Counted from the first letter of the stretch, positions 15,201-27,353 are shown. The stretch is 64,000 nucleotides of DNA from Antedon mediterranea (GCF_964355755.1 NC_092676.1:22586871-22650870), one strand, 5' to 3'. Program-made: numbers and translations. The notes: a model not told the origin generated them from the letters alone.

Positions 15201-18200
15201 GATACCGCAAATAAAAAACTATTATGGGGACACCTTCAGAATTCAATGTCACTTTAATAGGAGTGTTCCCTAATAGAGATTGGCTGTAGTATTAAAACAC
15301 ATATCATATTTCACCTCATTCATTTCAACAAAACATACTTCCTTAACACTATAAGGGTGTCTGCTTAATAGGGGTGTTCTAAGGCAGAGGGGGTTCTACT
15401 AAATATAGAATACTTTATATTGAAATAGAGAACAGTATTAATTACGTTGCCTTACCTCTATAACTGCTGAAAGCTCCTCTGCCAATCCATCTTGTCCAAG
15501 GATGAGAATGTTCAGTTTCTTAAATTCATCTTCACATGTTTGTAATAAACTAGGCGCAGTCGTTCTAACAAAAACAAAGCATTTAAAAAAGTTAGGAGCT
15601 TTTCCAGCATTCGATTCACAGACAAAAAACCTGTCCACAGGTCTATTACACGTTATAGACGTCAAAGGGTAAAGGTGAGTAATGTATTCATTCTGAATGT
15701 AGGGCTGTTAAGATCTCATTGTACTAAGCCTTGGCATTATGTGGTAGGGTAGTCTTTATAGTACCTTTCCCCGCTGCCATATCCTCGTATTTTTAGTCGC
15801 GTGGAAACGATCGGTAAACACCAACTCAAATTTGAGCACACGACTGCAGCCATGTATATGGCTTTGTTCAACCAGGTACGTATTTACAGCCAATGGAATT
15901 AGGAATTGTTCTTGAACCCAGGTACTTCCGTGTGATAGTGGGTGGCCGAATGGTTAAGACAGGGAAACCGTAATCTACATCCTTATGGCAATGGTTTGAA
16001 GCTTACTCGCTCCACCAGGGTTCAGGACTATAAACCATAAGTTCAGTGTACACATAATGCTTGTTTGCACTTTTACATTTTAAAAAGTAGGGGTTACAGA
16101 GTTCACAAATCCACTGTTGTGGCACTAGAAATGGCAGCCGTAACATGTCGTGACCCATAGAGTCTAAGCCCTAACCACTTAGCTACTGCACTTACCTAAG
16201 TAAATGTTTATTAATGTGTGCCTTGATAAGTAAGTCCATACAGTGCATTCCACTGATGCATGTTTCTGGTGTAGGATGCTGAATGAAAGCAAGGTGTTTG
16301 ATAAGAAGGGCATGTCTATCATTCCATAGAAACTCCAACGCACCATATCTAACAATAAATAAAAATAACAAATGTTATTTGTAAAAAACAATTACCAGTA
16401 TCATTAAAAAATAAATCTGCTATCATCAAATGCTAGGCCTACTGTTCAGTGCATGTGTGCTGTGTCACTATTCTTCCTACATAGACTCACAGGCAGAGTT
16501 TAGTTTCACTAAATGTCAGGCCTAAATTTGAACCCATGTGCCTATGTATTATATATCATTTAGCGATGACATGACCTACAATCAGGAGGTAGAGACATGA
16601 TCAGGGTTGAGGCGGATGTATTAATTATTCATACTTTGTTATGAATTATTCATACTTTGTTATGAATTATTCATTTTTTATATTATGATCTAATGAACAA
16701 TAGTAGTTTGCCCTTCTTGAATACCAATACCTAATTCGTAAAATTATGCAAATGATACGTTGATTTATGAAACAATATGGTGTTATGATTATTATATAAT
16801 GTACGGATATATATTTTATGCTAAATAAATGGCTTAGAATTAATTTATTTATAAACATAAATAATAAATTTTCAACCTTGGATCTGATTGTGATTTTTGC
16901 AATTTATATATTTATTTTTAATGCCAAATAAACAGATTTTACTTAAATAATTTGTCAATATTAATAATAAATTAATAAATAGGTTTTCCACATTGGAGTA
17001 TTTTTTTGGGGCAATCATACACACTGATTATTGGAGTCCTTCATAAACATCTACATTAAAACAAACTAAACTCATACATAATACCAATGAAAAACAATGT
17101 AGTAAATGCAGTATCTGTAATAGAATATTTTTAAGCTCTGTCTACACTATCAAACTGAAAAAAAAATGTGATATGCCCATATGATGATGCCATATCACTA
17201 CCATGTTTGGGCACATCACACTTTTTTGTCAAACTAGTTTGATAGTGTAGACAGAGCTTTAACCATAAATTAATAGGTTTTCCACCTTGGATATGATTGT
17301 AAACTATCCTGGATAGCCAGCAGATGTTCATGCGATAATTTCAACTTGTCAAAATTTGTGAACACTTCAGCGCACTCAAAGAGCAGTTCCTTGAAGTCAT
17401 TTTTAGCCTTTTGCGTAATCTCCTCCTGATGGCTGTTGTAAATTTCTTTACGTTCATCCACGGTCAACTCCTGGAAACTCTCCTCTTCTTTGAAGTGTTT
17501 TGTGATATCTTCGTAGCGCTTCCCTGGCATCACTTCGTGACTGGAAGCTTGAAGTAGTTTGCGGAAGTCAGACTGCATCCTGTAAAAGAATGTGTGGTAA
17601 TAACATGATGCAATTTTATAGTAGTGTCAACTCTCCCAATACCGGACATCTTTGGGCTGGCCAAATATGTCTGGTTTTCTTGAAAGTCTGGTATTCGGAA
17701 TGTGTTTTTAATGGTAAAAATGAATCTGGGACTGTTTGGAAAAGTCTGGTATTGGGAGAGTTTAGTGTACTACTATATGTTGTAGATCACAAATAATATA
17801 AGGCAAGGATCACAACCCATAGTACTTGTACTGTATGCTTGCACTTGATGCCTTTTGGGGAGGGAGGAAGAACACCCTGCAAGCTATAGGCTTGAATGCA
17901 AAGGTCATAGGTCATTGCAAAATCAAAAACTCCCTATTTTCACTAGTATTATTGTATGATATAAGCACCACTGTTACCTTTCTTTTCTCTTAGCTGCACA
18001 CAATTTGTTGATGTGGTTCTTGAATTGTGATTCACAATCTGAATCATGCGTTGTGAAAATACTTGCAGGAATCCTGTTATCAAGTGTCTGGTTGATGTGC
18101 GGGTGCTCCTGCCATTCACCATCTAAGTGGATGAACCATTTTTCAAACCTCTCGTGCTTCTCAAGAGATTCCCTACATTCCGACCAAGATCTGTCACAAG

Positions 18201-21177
18201 TACCAGGGAAAAATTTCATTTTCAAATTGTGATGATTTTTGAGTAAAGAAACATTGTTTTGTACTGTATTTTTTGCTACACAATTTTAAAAATGTGTACT
18301 GTAGTGCACTAAGGTTGTTTTGTATAGGTTTTTGCTATGCTTTTAAAAATAACAAATTAATTAGATACCATAAATTATACAAACCAATGTAAAAAAAAAT
18401 ACTGTAGTGTATACTGTACCTTTGACCAATAATATTGAGGTCTGGAAATATATCGTCAAAAACACTTGGTAACAAATGGAGGTACTGCTCCAGCATATGC
18501 TGTTGGTGGTTTGTTTTTAACTTTTTGACGTGACTATCAAACCGTTTCTTTGCTTGCCTTGTACCTAGATGAAATATATAGTCCTCGTATGCAGGCTCGT
18601 GTTCGAACCTTTTCATAGAGTTCCACTTTAGATGGTAGTTTGTGATATGTTCTTTTAAAATTGCACTGTACGAATCTGTCACCCTGTCAATGGTGATTTT
18701 ACGATGCTTGTTTGCTTCGCTATACGGCACGACTTTTCGAGTTCCTTTTGATTTATCAATCAATTGAACTAACGTGACAAACGCAAGATTTACATTCACC
18801 GCTTCGTTAGCGGATGTCTCAATGAGCAGGATTTTGTGTTTTTGAGCGAATTTCTCAATCTCGTGCATATTGTAATCGTCAGCTTCATCACACTTGGTGA
18901 CAGCTATTACGTAAGATTTACCAGTTTTCTTTAGTAGACTGTGCAAACTAGCCATGAATTCAATTTGTTTTTCCGCATTTCTTTGCCGTACTAGACTTGC
19001 ATCATACACAATCAAAAATCCATCTATTGATATTTTTCCATTGGTAAATGTTACTTTCTTAAAATTATCTTCATCCCCTAAAATTACAAAAAAAATTGAA
19101 ATAAACATAATTAGTAACAAAAATAATTACAGGTGGTACATACTGTAGAAGGAGTACTGTAAATACAGTTACTGTATTACAGCACAAAAACATACTAGCT
19201 ACTGTACAGGCCTCGCAAAAATCAAGACTGTACAAGATTTGCTTACCATCTCAATTTCTTGGTGGCCAAAACTTGTGAAATATTTTTATTTATTTTACTT
19301 AGTTTGCATCAGAACTGATCATTTCAATTTTTAGTTTCAATTTTTTTTTTTGGTTGCCCCTGGATAGAGTGCAACTGTTTCTGAGAGCTACGCAAACTGT
19401 AAGTGTAAGTCCCACATTCTGGAGGATTTTTATATATTATTTTTATTGGATGATTAATCTGGGTCAAACAATGCTGGAGATATGGAAACGTGTGTTTACT
19501 TTCAAGCATGTGACAAATCAAAGATACAGTACACTGTATTGTCTTTTTTTTTACAGTTTCTACAATATCTCCTAATATATTGTTATCTATAATTAATAGT
19601 TTACAAAGAAAAAAGATTGCACAAAAAAAGGAAAGGTTCAAATTAACTTGAATTATTATACAGTTTAATATTTAAATAAAAAAACAGTGAATGAATTTTA
19701 CAATCACAGTACAATTATAACGCAATCACTTTGCAGTGTACTTGTGTGAATGTTATGGACAATAAAACGATTGGAATCGTGACTGTGTAACATCAATGTA
19801 ATCTAAAGAGAAACGAAACATGCTCGAGTGAGACAAAACATCATTTCCACATTGCATTTCCAACGTGCCTAACGCAAGCGTCTACGATTAAAAAAACACA
19901 CACGGTGTAATGCATTGTACCGCAATCTACTGCGCTAATCGCGGTCATTACTCAGAGTTGTATTGTCGTCTTGGGAATTGGCAAACGACTAGAATGTCAC
20001 AAGTGTATGTTGGCAATACTGATTTGAAAGCTATCACAGGGTAACGGATATCAATATTCAGAATTACTGGAACATATAGTAGCAACTAGCAGAGTTTAAT
20101 ATAGAGGTTTATTGGCTTTTTTGCTGAATAGTCTATTAAGATCTTTAGTCATTGCCTTTAAAAAAAACAATAAAATGACTGTCTATTGTTTTACTATGTT
20201 TTATCATGTGCCAATGAAACAAACAAACAATGTTTACAATAGATATAATTTATAATTGTTTACAATGTACAGTATAGGACAGTTGTTCTTGTAAACAGTG
20301 TGTTTTTTAGTTCCAAGTTGTGGTGCTTTAGAACAAACAATTTTTTTCAGTAACAATACTTTTTATCGATACGATTTTTATCTGTTGACGAGTATTGTAC
20401 ATACACTACAGTGCTGGTTAGCATCAGGTCTCTATACTATCTAAATGATACTTGAGTATTGAGTTGAATTGAATGAGGATAATATTTTCATGACTTGAAA
20501 GCCTAATTGTTCTATTCAATGAAAGGAAACTTTCAGTTGAAAAGTTTGATCAGCAAAATTGTTCCCTGAGCTAAGTAATTTTATAAAGCATTAACACAGC
20601 AAGTTTAATAAACTGTTTGAATTTATAATATAATATTATTCATTCTCTAATCAAAACATTTTTTTAATGAATGAATGTCACAAAATCCAAGTCACCATCT
20701 GTCATACAGTAGTACCAGGCAAATATAGAAATGACAAGATAAAAAAAACAAATACCCTAATAACTTACCCAACTGGTCTTTACACAAGTACATCAGCTTA
20801 TCTTGTGAGCCTATCTTAGTACTCACGCAGCGATTCAAATAAGTCCTTGTGTTATTTCCACGAAAAGGCTGGAATGAAGAATCATCGATGAAATCGGTCT
20901 GTTCAATAATACGGAATGAATACGTTTGTCCTTCGTAAACTAACTTCTTCTCTCCCCAATAAACAAAATGATCGTTGTTTACGACACGCCCACTGAAATC
21001 ACTTTGACTAATCACGCAGATATGTTCTTTATAGTAGTCGTCCGCTTCCGGTCGAACAAAACGATTGCAAAGACAAGACTTGCCGACACCGCATGAACCT
21101 TTCTCCTTGTCTGTCCCCGACAGACCGACAACGGATATATTGAAAACTCGTTCTTTATCTTTCTGCTTCCCAGCCAT
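235..21177 (-). CDS. ARHGAP35: p190 Rho GTPase-activating protein (ARHGAP35/ARHGAP5 homolog), 5' part: N-terminal GTPase domain, FF domains, start of pseudo-GTPase pG1; continues beyond the window's left edge
   Basis: Exons (-) with GT-AG sites and consistent phases: 21177-20769, 19077-18420, 18190-17978, 17579-17286, 16348-16196, 15564-15456, 358-235. Translation shows p190 hallmarks: NISVVGLSG..GVGKSCLCNRFVRP, SQSDFSGRVVNNDHFVYWG, KLMYLCKDQLG, AVTKCD, ETSA, FF-like helical repeats, RHALLIKHLAFIQHPTPETC, LNILILGQDGLAEEL, and DGEYTLDGTLHNLQLRAIEGD (exon 358-235, absent from the ORF track). Probably co-orthologous to vertebrate ARHGAP35 and ARHGAP5. Confidence 0.95.
1783..2720. mobile_element. 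Non-autonomous DNA transposon (PIF/Harbinger-like MITE) with ~150-bp TIRs
   Basis: 1783-~1930 is the reverse complement of ~2573-2720; termini GGCGCG..GCACC flanked by CTG on both sides (CWG target duplication, as in some Harbingers). Confidence 0.8.
5090..5250. mobile_element. Small Harbinger-like MITE, degraded copy of the 17134-17258 family
   Basis: Shares tttgacaaaaaaagtgtgatgtg / gggcacatcaca and the terminal gatagtgtagacagagc with 17134-17258. Confidence 0.6.
5401..5960 (-). mobile_element. 5'-truncated non-LTR retrotransposon (Rex1/Babar- or L2-like LINE) 3' end
   Basis: The minus strand encodes a degenerate post-RT C-terminus (SVVTFNCVVWYNSLS..., KTASKIIG...KIMEDNSHPL...R..TTR..KSF), followed by AATAAA and a (TCTTA)n tail at ~5401-5425. 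Confidence 0.75.
11735..12140. repeat. 33-bp minisatellite, ~12 copies
   Basis: Unit GATTTTAATGTTTTTAACTGTTTGATGTT(T/C)AGA; accounts for the spurious MFRDFNVFNCL ORFs. Confidence 0.95.
14414..15141 (+). mobile_element. Non-autonomous piggyBac-type element (728 bp)
   Basis: TTAA on both sides (14410-14413, 15142-15145); 14-bp TIR CACTTTCACCGCCA/TGGCGGTGAAAGTG; internal palindromic repeat CCGCCAAAGACGGAAAT.TCCGTCTTT twice; acidic peptide LTADEAIAEIFADSDSENE (~14658-14740) resembling piggyBac transposase N-termini. Confidence 0.85.
15937..16175 (+). mobile_element. tRNA-derived SINE
   Basis: A-box TGGCCGAATGG and degenerate B-box GGTTTGAAGC at tRNA-like spacing, followed by a non-tRNA body; no intact cloverleaf. 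Confidence 0.6.
17134..17258. mobile_element. Small MITE (Harbinger-like, TTA/TAA flanks)
   Basis: TIR AGCTCTGTCTACACTATCAAACT ... AGTTTGATAGTGTAGACAGAGCT; second copy at ~5090-5250. Confidence 0.75.
17621..17769. mobile_element. Small Tc1/mariner-like MITE
   Basis: Imperfect TIR AACTCTCCCAATACCGGAC / GTCTGGTATTGGGAGAGTT with TA flanks. Confidence 0.55.
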
Positions 21178-23335
21178 GTTTTATTGTTTCGCTGCCAGGA
21201 GATTTTTTTTTAAAAATGTTAAAGTTTGTAATGGCCTTCTCACATTGTTTAATATTTTGTATGTCGACCAAGAGCCACAAACCTATAAAAAAGAAAATAA
21301 AGAGATTGTCTTAATGACAGTGTCATAATTATAGCATCACTCTATCAGTAACTGTACATAATCAGTACATTCCAGGAAGCTGTAAATTACTGTACAATAA
21401 ACAACTTAAACAACCGATGGGGTAATTAAGGAAAGATGGTAATTAATATTACAAGTTAATGTACACTTTCATACAGTATTGTATGGATACCAACTTTCAT
21501 GTAATTGTACCGAGTGCGCTGTACATTGAGAATGGACTTTAGAACTCTTTTTTTGGGACACCCATTTAAATCCTGTGAAACAAACGAGAAGCAATTACTA
21601 ATTTCACTAATTTCGTCAGACACTGAGTATTGTTGACTGAATTCTTTGCTGACTACTGTGCTGTACGATAGCCACTTCATAACTCTATTGTTATAGTAAT
21701 ATTTCAGCCTTAGTCATCAGCAGTAGTCCTATTTATAGAATCGGTTAATTTTATTTTAATAGCACAGAATATCTATCATAAACTTCCCATGTTTTCAAAT
21801 TAAAATTAACAATTAATTTTCACATTAATCTACTCTCACCTACTGTACAGTATCTGGAAACTCAATAAATTTACAATGAATGTTTAAGGTCAGTTGTTAT
21901 TACAATCACTGTATGTAATGTTTAATTAATTAATGTTAATATGATTATGAATGAAGAGAAAAAAAGTTATGAACTGCGCTTTTACACATGACGGTGGGTG
22001 TTCACCAACTACACCAATATCGAATATGGGTATTTTTCTTCTTTTTTTCTCATACTGTTTGTATTGTATTTCTCTGCTAAAGGTTCTTTTTGAGTGATCA
22101 CTATTTGGCATTGTAAACAATAGTAAGCTAGGGCTAGGAAATGTATCGATGGATACGCAAATTGAAAGCTTTGTCTTAAATCTATTGTGGCTAGTAGCAT
22201 GCATTGTTTAGGAAGTGACTAATTGTTATTTAACGCCCATACATTCTTAAAAAACTAAATTAATATATTTCTTAAAGTTTTTTCACAATTAACAAAATAG
22301 TTGGTCTAACATTGTGATGGTAAGTGCTACAGTAACTAATTGCTGAACTCAACATTGGGTTCAGGGGCGGATCCTGGATTTTTTCAAGAATTATTAATAA
22401 CAATTTGTTTGTAAACAAAACTTCATAATTTTATTTTAAAAGGGAATTAAAAGCTATTAAAAGGGATGAGCTAGAGTCGCATAAGAACATTTCAGTGCTT
22501 GAGAATTGAGTTAGTAATCTAATGGAAGATTCCCACTCTTTTGTAGATGGCCAGTACACAGTTAATTTTAATTAATGCTACACAAACACAATATCTCCAA
22601 CTAAAAAAACAGTTTTATTTACAGTATAATAATAAATTGGATATTTCAACAATGGGTTTGAGATCTCTAGTTTTTTTTTTCAGGTAAATATCTATCAGTA
22701 AAATTAACCAGTTATTATATACTGAGAAGAAACAGGCTCTTAGAAATAAATGTTTTACATTTGACAACTGAAAAAAAATGATAAACATTGGAAATAAATA
22801 TTTCGATTTATTCATTAGAAAAATTTGAAGGAATTTTCCTACACAGTACTCTAAAATATGTGCTCTAGTGTAATAAATTAATTGCTGCATTTACACTTTT
22901 CCCATGCAGCCTAAAGTGTTTACAAGTTGAAAGTTTAAATTCTTCAATTAACAATTTCCTATTCAATATTTATAAGGAAATTCCTTTAGTTTAGCTTTGG
23001 GAAAATGCATTAAAGCTGAAATGTTTACATAATAAGGAATGGGGAACATTTGGAAAATATACTAAAGAATTGGAATGGAAGAAACTTACCCGGGCATCTA
23101 GTCATACTGTACAACAATATTATTTATTATTATTTAATACTTTAATGTATAATTATTTAAATCTAGGAATCTAGATCAACCTTTTCAGTAAATATACACA
23201 TTTGACATGCTATGTGTGGGAAGGGGCATTTGGCATATTGGTACAACTCACATGTTTGATTTGTGATATGAGGCTACATCACAGTAAGCCAGAAAAATAA
23301 AGAATTACAACACTGTAGTGTATAATTCTGTTTAA

Positions 23336-25935
23336 AGATGTATTGTCCCCCTGAAAACATTTTTTTTTTAAATATTTTTGTTGAATAGGCCATTTTAATT
23401 GCACATAAAAGTTATTCACTTTGAACTGAAATTGGATCGAAAAAAAAAATGTTTTACTCGAGAAAATCGTAATTTAAAGCAAAAATTAACCAACCGGAAG
23501 CTATTTGTCTGGAAGACAAACGTGTTCCGGTTTAATTTAACCCTTGACCTGAGTTAGCTCATAAATATTCATATTGTATGGATACATCTTGTGGATGATG
23601 GTTCTCTCAACAAACAGCCAACAACGCGACGATAGCAATGCATAGAGAGAGTCGAGTAGTGACGCGAGACGATCTTGAAGAAAACACGAAAACTATAGCT
23701 AGCAGAATACTAAGTAGAACTGCAGTTGGTAACTTTGATGTTGAATCTTATTCATTTAGGTGAGTTTTTGTTTCGCTAGCAGGAGAGGCCTAGCTAGGCC
23801 CTAGGCCCGAGTTTTCTGCTACTGTATACTAGTCTACTACATACTAGTAGGCCTAGTACTAACTAGCACAACCACATGGCAGGCAGTCTCGAGTAGCCTT
23901 ACTGCTGCCTCCTGTTTCTATAAGTAGAGGTAGTAGGCCTAGGCTAGGCAGTACACTACTAGCTAGGGCTAGACCACCACCAGGAGGGATGTATTTTTTT
24001 TTTATAATTTTGTTTGGCATCCTGATAAATTGGTTTAATTTGTTAGGATTTCAACTATCTATTCTGCAGAGAAAATTACCAAATAAATCTAAATATTGTT
24101 TTGAATGTTTACTGTACAGTATTTTAAAAATATTTTCTGCATCAAATGCAATAGGTTCAAATCAACATTTGCACAATTAACCATTTTATGCAGATATTTG
24201 ACACAATTTTCTTCTTTTTTTTCAGGTATTAACATTGATTGAACAATAAGAGCAAGTGAAGTAGTGAGAAACACAAAATGTATCGGCAACATTCACAATT
24301 TATTGAAACATTTCTTACTATTAAAATGACACTTTGTAATGGATATGAGCGATCTTAGAAGACTATAGCTGCCGTAATTACTGCCACAATCAACACATTG
24401 ATATTAGTAGACAAATTGACACAAAAAACAATACAGGAATTCAATAAGATATACTGTAACTGTATATAGGCCTAGGCCTATATATATTTTTTATTAACTC
24501 CTTTTGCAATGTAATATTTACAGTAACATTATGAAGTGTAAGTAAAATTGAAGAATTTATTCTGTGTACTGTTGTAGTAGTATTTTTTATTTATTGAATG
24601 TTATGTTTACAAAATAATATACTGTACAAATATTATTGCTTTATAAAAAAAATTATACTGTACAACATTTTACAAGCTGAACAGGAACATATTGGCCGAA
24701 TGCAGCATCACAAATATTTTTCTTGCAATATCCAATCATATACAGAGTCTATCATCAGTTGTCTTTATGAAGTACAAATGTGACCTCTGTTCCAGTCTTC
24801 ATCAGCTCAACGTCTTTAAATAAAAATGTTTAAATAATGATGTATAAATAAGTTAAATATTTCACAAAATCTAAAGTTTTTAATTTCGGCAAAGTACGAA
24901 AACCTGGAATTTGGTATTTATAAATAGGTCTAGATCATGCACATTTAGTGCAAAATGTGGGCTAGTGAAATTGCTTGCTTTGACAAATAAGTACACTAAC
25001 TTTCTATGGTAAAACACATTACAACTAAGACTTAATAAAGAGAAAACAAATATTTGACTTACTACAGTACAGAGTTACATGGTAAAGAACAGTAGTTTGT
25101 GTGGTAAAATGGCTAAGCTGGCTTTTCCCCTCTGTCTACTTGTACAGTGCTGCTGGAGGAAGGTTCTCAACTTCAGGCTTGTAAGTTGTATTGTAACTAT
25201 TTTCCCTGAAAAAATGTTTGTTTTATTTTTATCATAAAAACTAGTTAAACAAGATTCAACTGTAAATTATGTATATGGTACAGCAGGCTGGCTGTATTTT
25301 CGGATTGATGGCCTAGCCTAGGCCAGTCTATGAAGAGTACAATGTATAGGGCCTAGCTGGGCATTTTCTGCAGAGACCCGATTGTCCCAGCAGCCTGCCT
25401 CCTCTACTACTACTACTACTAGCCTAGGCCTATGCATGTATTATTCTAGGCCTAGCCCTGAAAAAATCCCAGGCTAAGTTAATTAATTACCTTCCTGTTA
25501 TTACAAACGTCTGTCTAGTTTGCGTTATATATATAATTATTATATTTAAAATAACCGTCTAGGCCTACTTACCGACAAATTAACAGCTTAGCTTTACATA
25601 CGATCAGGGGAAACCCCCAGTCGAGTCGCGTCGATCTGTGGGTGTTGTGTACACAACAACGTGCATCATCCATGTTTGTTAGATCAGATCCCAGCTGTGT
25701 CGATGCTCATTAACATATCATGCATATTTATGAGTTAGCTCTATCGGCCTAAATTTTGAGCTGACAAGTTGGGAAAATTGATTAACTTATTTTGCTTTTT
25801 TCTTAGCGAAATTAATAAATTTTTTCGGATTTTTTTTCGGCGAAAGTGAACAACTTTATTATAGCTACAATATGGTCTATTCAAAATTTGATTTAATTGA
25901 TCTTCATTTTTCATGTTTTGGGGGACAATACAACT
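23336..25935. mobile_element. Kolobok-like non-autonomous DNA transposon (2.6 kb)
   Basis: TTAA|AGATGTATTGTCCCC ... GGGGACAATACAACT|TTAA: TTAA target duplication with RR..YY termini, the Kolobok signature. Subterminal AAAGTT(A/G)TTCACTT at both ends. No transposase ORF seen. Confidence 0.8.
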
Positions 25936-26287
25936 TTAATTCAGCTAATTAATAATTAGTTAATATTCCTCCCCCTGCCCAGTCATACACAACACTGACT
26001 TGCGCCTACCGTCTATTAAATCTGAGCACTTTACTGTACCTGCAACTACACTAACAGACCTGTACAGTATATTCTAAAACAACCGTACTGTACAGTACTG
26101 TAGATGCTGCAAGGATATCAACAAATATTTTCACATTTGTTCAATTATTTTTTCTAGAAACACTTTTGTTTTAAATCTTAATTGAGACCTCTGGGACACA
26201 ACAAATTATCCCTTATAGGGCTTGTACCCTGAACAAGGATTGGATTTAGCCAAATTGTTAAAACATATATTGCTCAAGTTTCTTTAA

Positions 26288-26800
26288 AGATGTATTGTCC
26301 CTTGAAACACAAAAAAATGAAGGTCAAAATATTCTAAATTTAAATTGGCCATATCAAAGTAATATTAAAGTTATTCACTTAAAGTCGAAAATTCCAGCCA
26401 AAAACAACTATTTTACGTAATTAACAGGTAAATTAATTTGATTACATTTCGTCTGGAAAATTGTCGCGAGCGAAAGTAAACAAAGATTTCAAACCATGAG
26501 TATACATTATGCATGATGCTAATTAGGATTGTTTACAACAAGGAAGTTTTATGATCATGCAAACAGAGTAGCTAAATAAGCGCGTTGCATTATGCGTTGC
26601 ATTATTATATGTTTTGATCAAAAACTTTGACTGGAAGTCAAAGTTATTTTTTGAACCAAAAAACGTCTGTATTTCAGTTAAATGATTTTTTTTTTGACTA
26701 ATTTTTGGCGAAAATTAATAACTATTATGATACTTCAAAATGACCCACTTTTTTTCGAAATCTTTTATTTTTTTGAATTTGACAAAGGGACAATACATCT
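26288..26800. mobile_element. Kolobok-like ~513-bp element (MITE or solo-LTDR-like)
   Basis: TTAA|AGATGTATTGTCCC ... GGGACAATACATCT(T)|TTAA; same TIR and subterminal AAAGTTATTCACTT as the 2.6-kb element. Confidence 0.8.
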
Positions 26801-27015
26801 TTTAAGGAAAGAAATATGCTCTTATTTATATATGGTAATGTACATTTCCGAGTAGAAACAGTGGCAATCTTGATTTCATATTCTCCCTCTGCTGTCTCAT
26901 GCTCTCTAGTGTTTATTATAATCTTGCCACTGTTTTGTTGTTCACTGAAATGTCATTATCACAGATGATGTATACAATAAATATGGTACAGACTGTATAT
27001 CAACACCAAGTATTA

Positions 27016-27353
27016 TGCACTTGTCAATTGTATGACCCACTATACGACCCCCGGGAGAGGTGCGTCATGGGTGCGTCATTTACAAATAATTACTGACGCA
27101 GGGGTGCGTCAAAAAACCTAGATGGTACGTCACATCAATGAACAAGGTGTGTCAATGTCCGTCACTTTACCACCCACCATATCATAAACAACATGGTCAC
27201 AGTGCGTCAAAATGGGTGCGTCATGGTCACCTAAAGGTAAGTCACATTTTTGACGCACCGGTGCGTCATGGTATTCAAAGGTATGACGCACATCGGACAA
27301 ATGACGCACCTCTCCCGGGGGTCGTATAGTGGGTCATACAATTGACAAGTGCA
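27016..27353. mobile_element. Young MITE with perfect ~53-bp TIRs and TTA target duplication (Harbinger-like)
   Basis: TTA|TGCACTTGTCAATTGTATGACCCACTATACGACCCCCGGGAGAGGTGCGTCAT is mirrored exactly at 27301-27353 and followed by TTA; many internal TGCGTCA/TGACGCA copies. Confidence 0.88.

Noticed and set aside
15937-16020. Possible tRNA genes (also 33115, 34847, 39600)
   Set aside because: Degenerate A/B boxes, no complete cloverleaf, and SINE-like bodies follow.
18005-21328. Plus-strand ORFs 18005-18232, 18954-19148, 21065-21328 (also 33457-33675, 42589-42816, 51778-52086)
   Set aside because: Antisense shadows of real coding exons.
26899-27329. ORFs over the palindromic element, and ORFs at 31054-31460
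   Set aside because: Chance ORFs in GC-richer MITE sequence with no recognisable domain.
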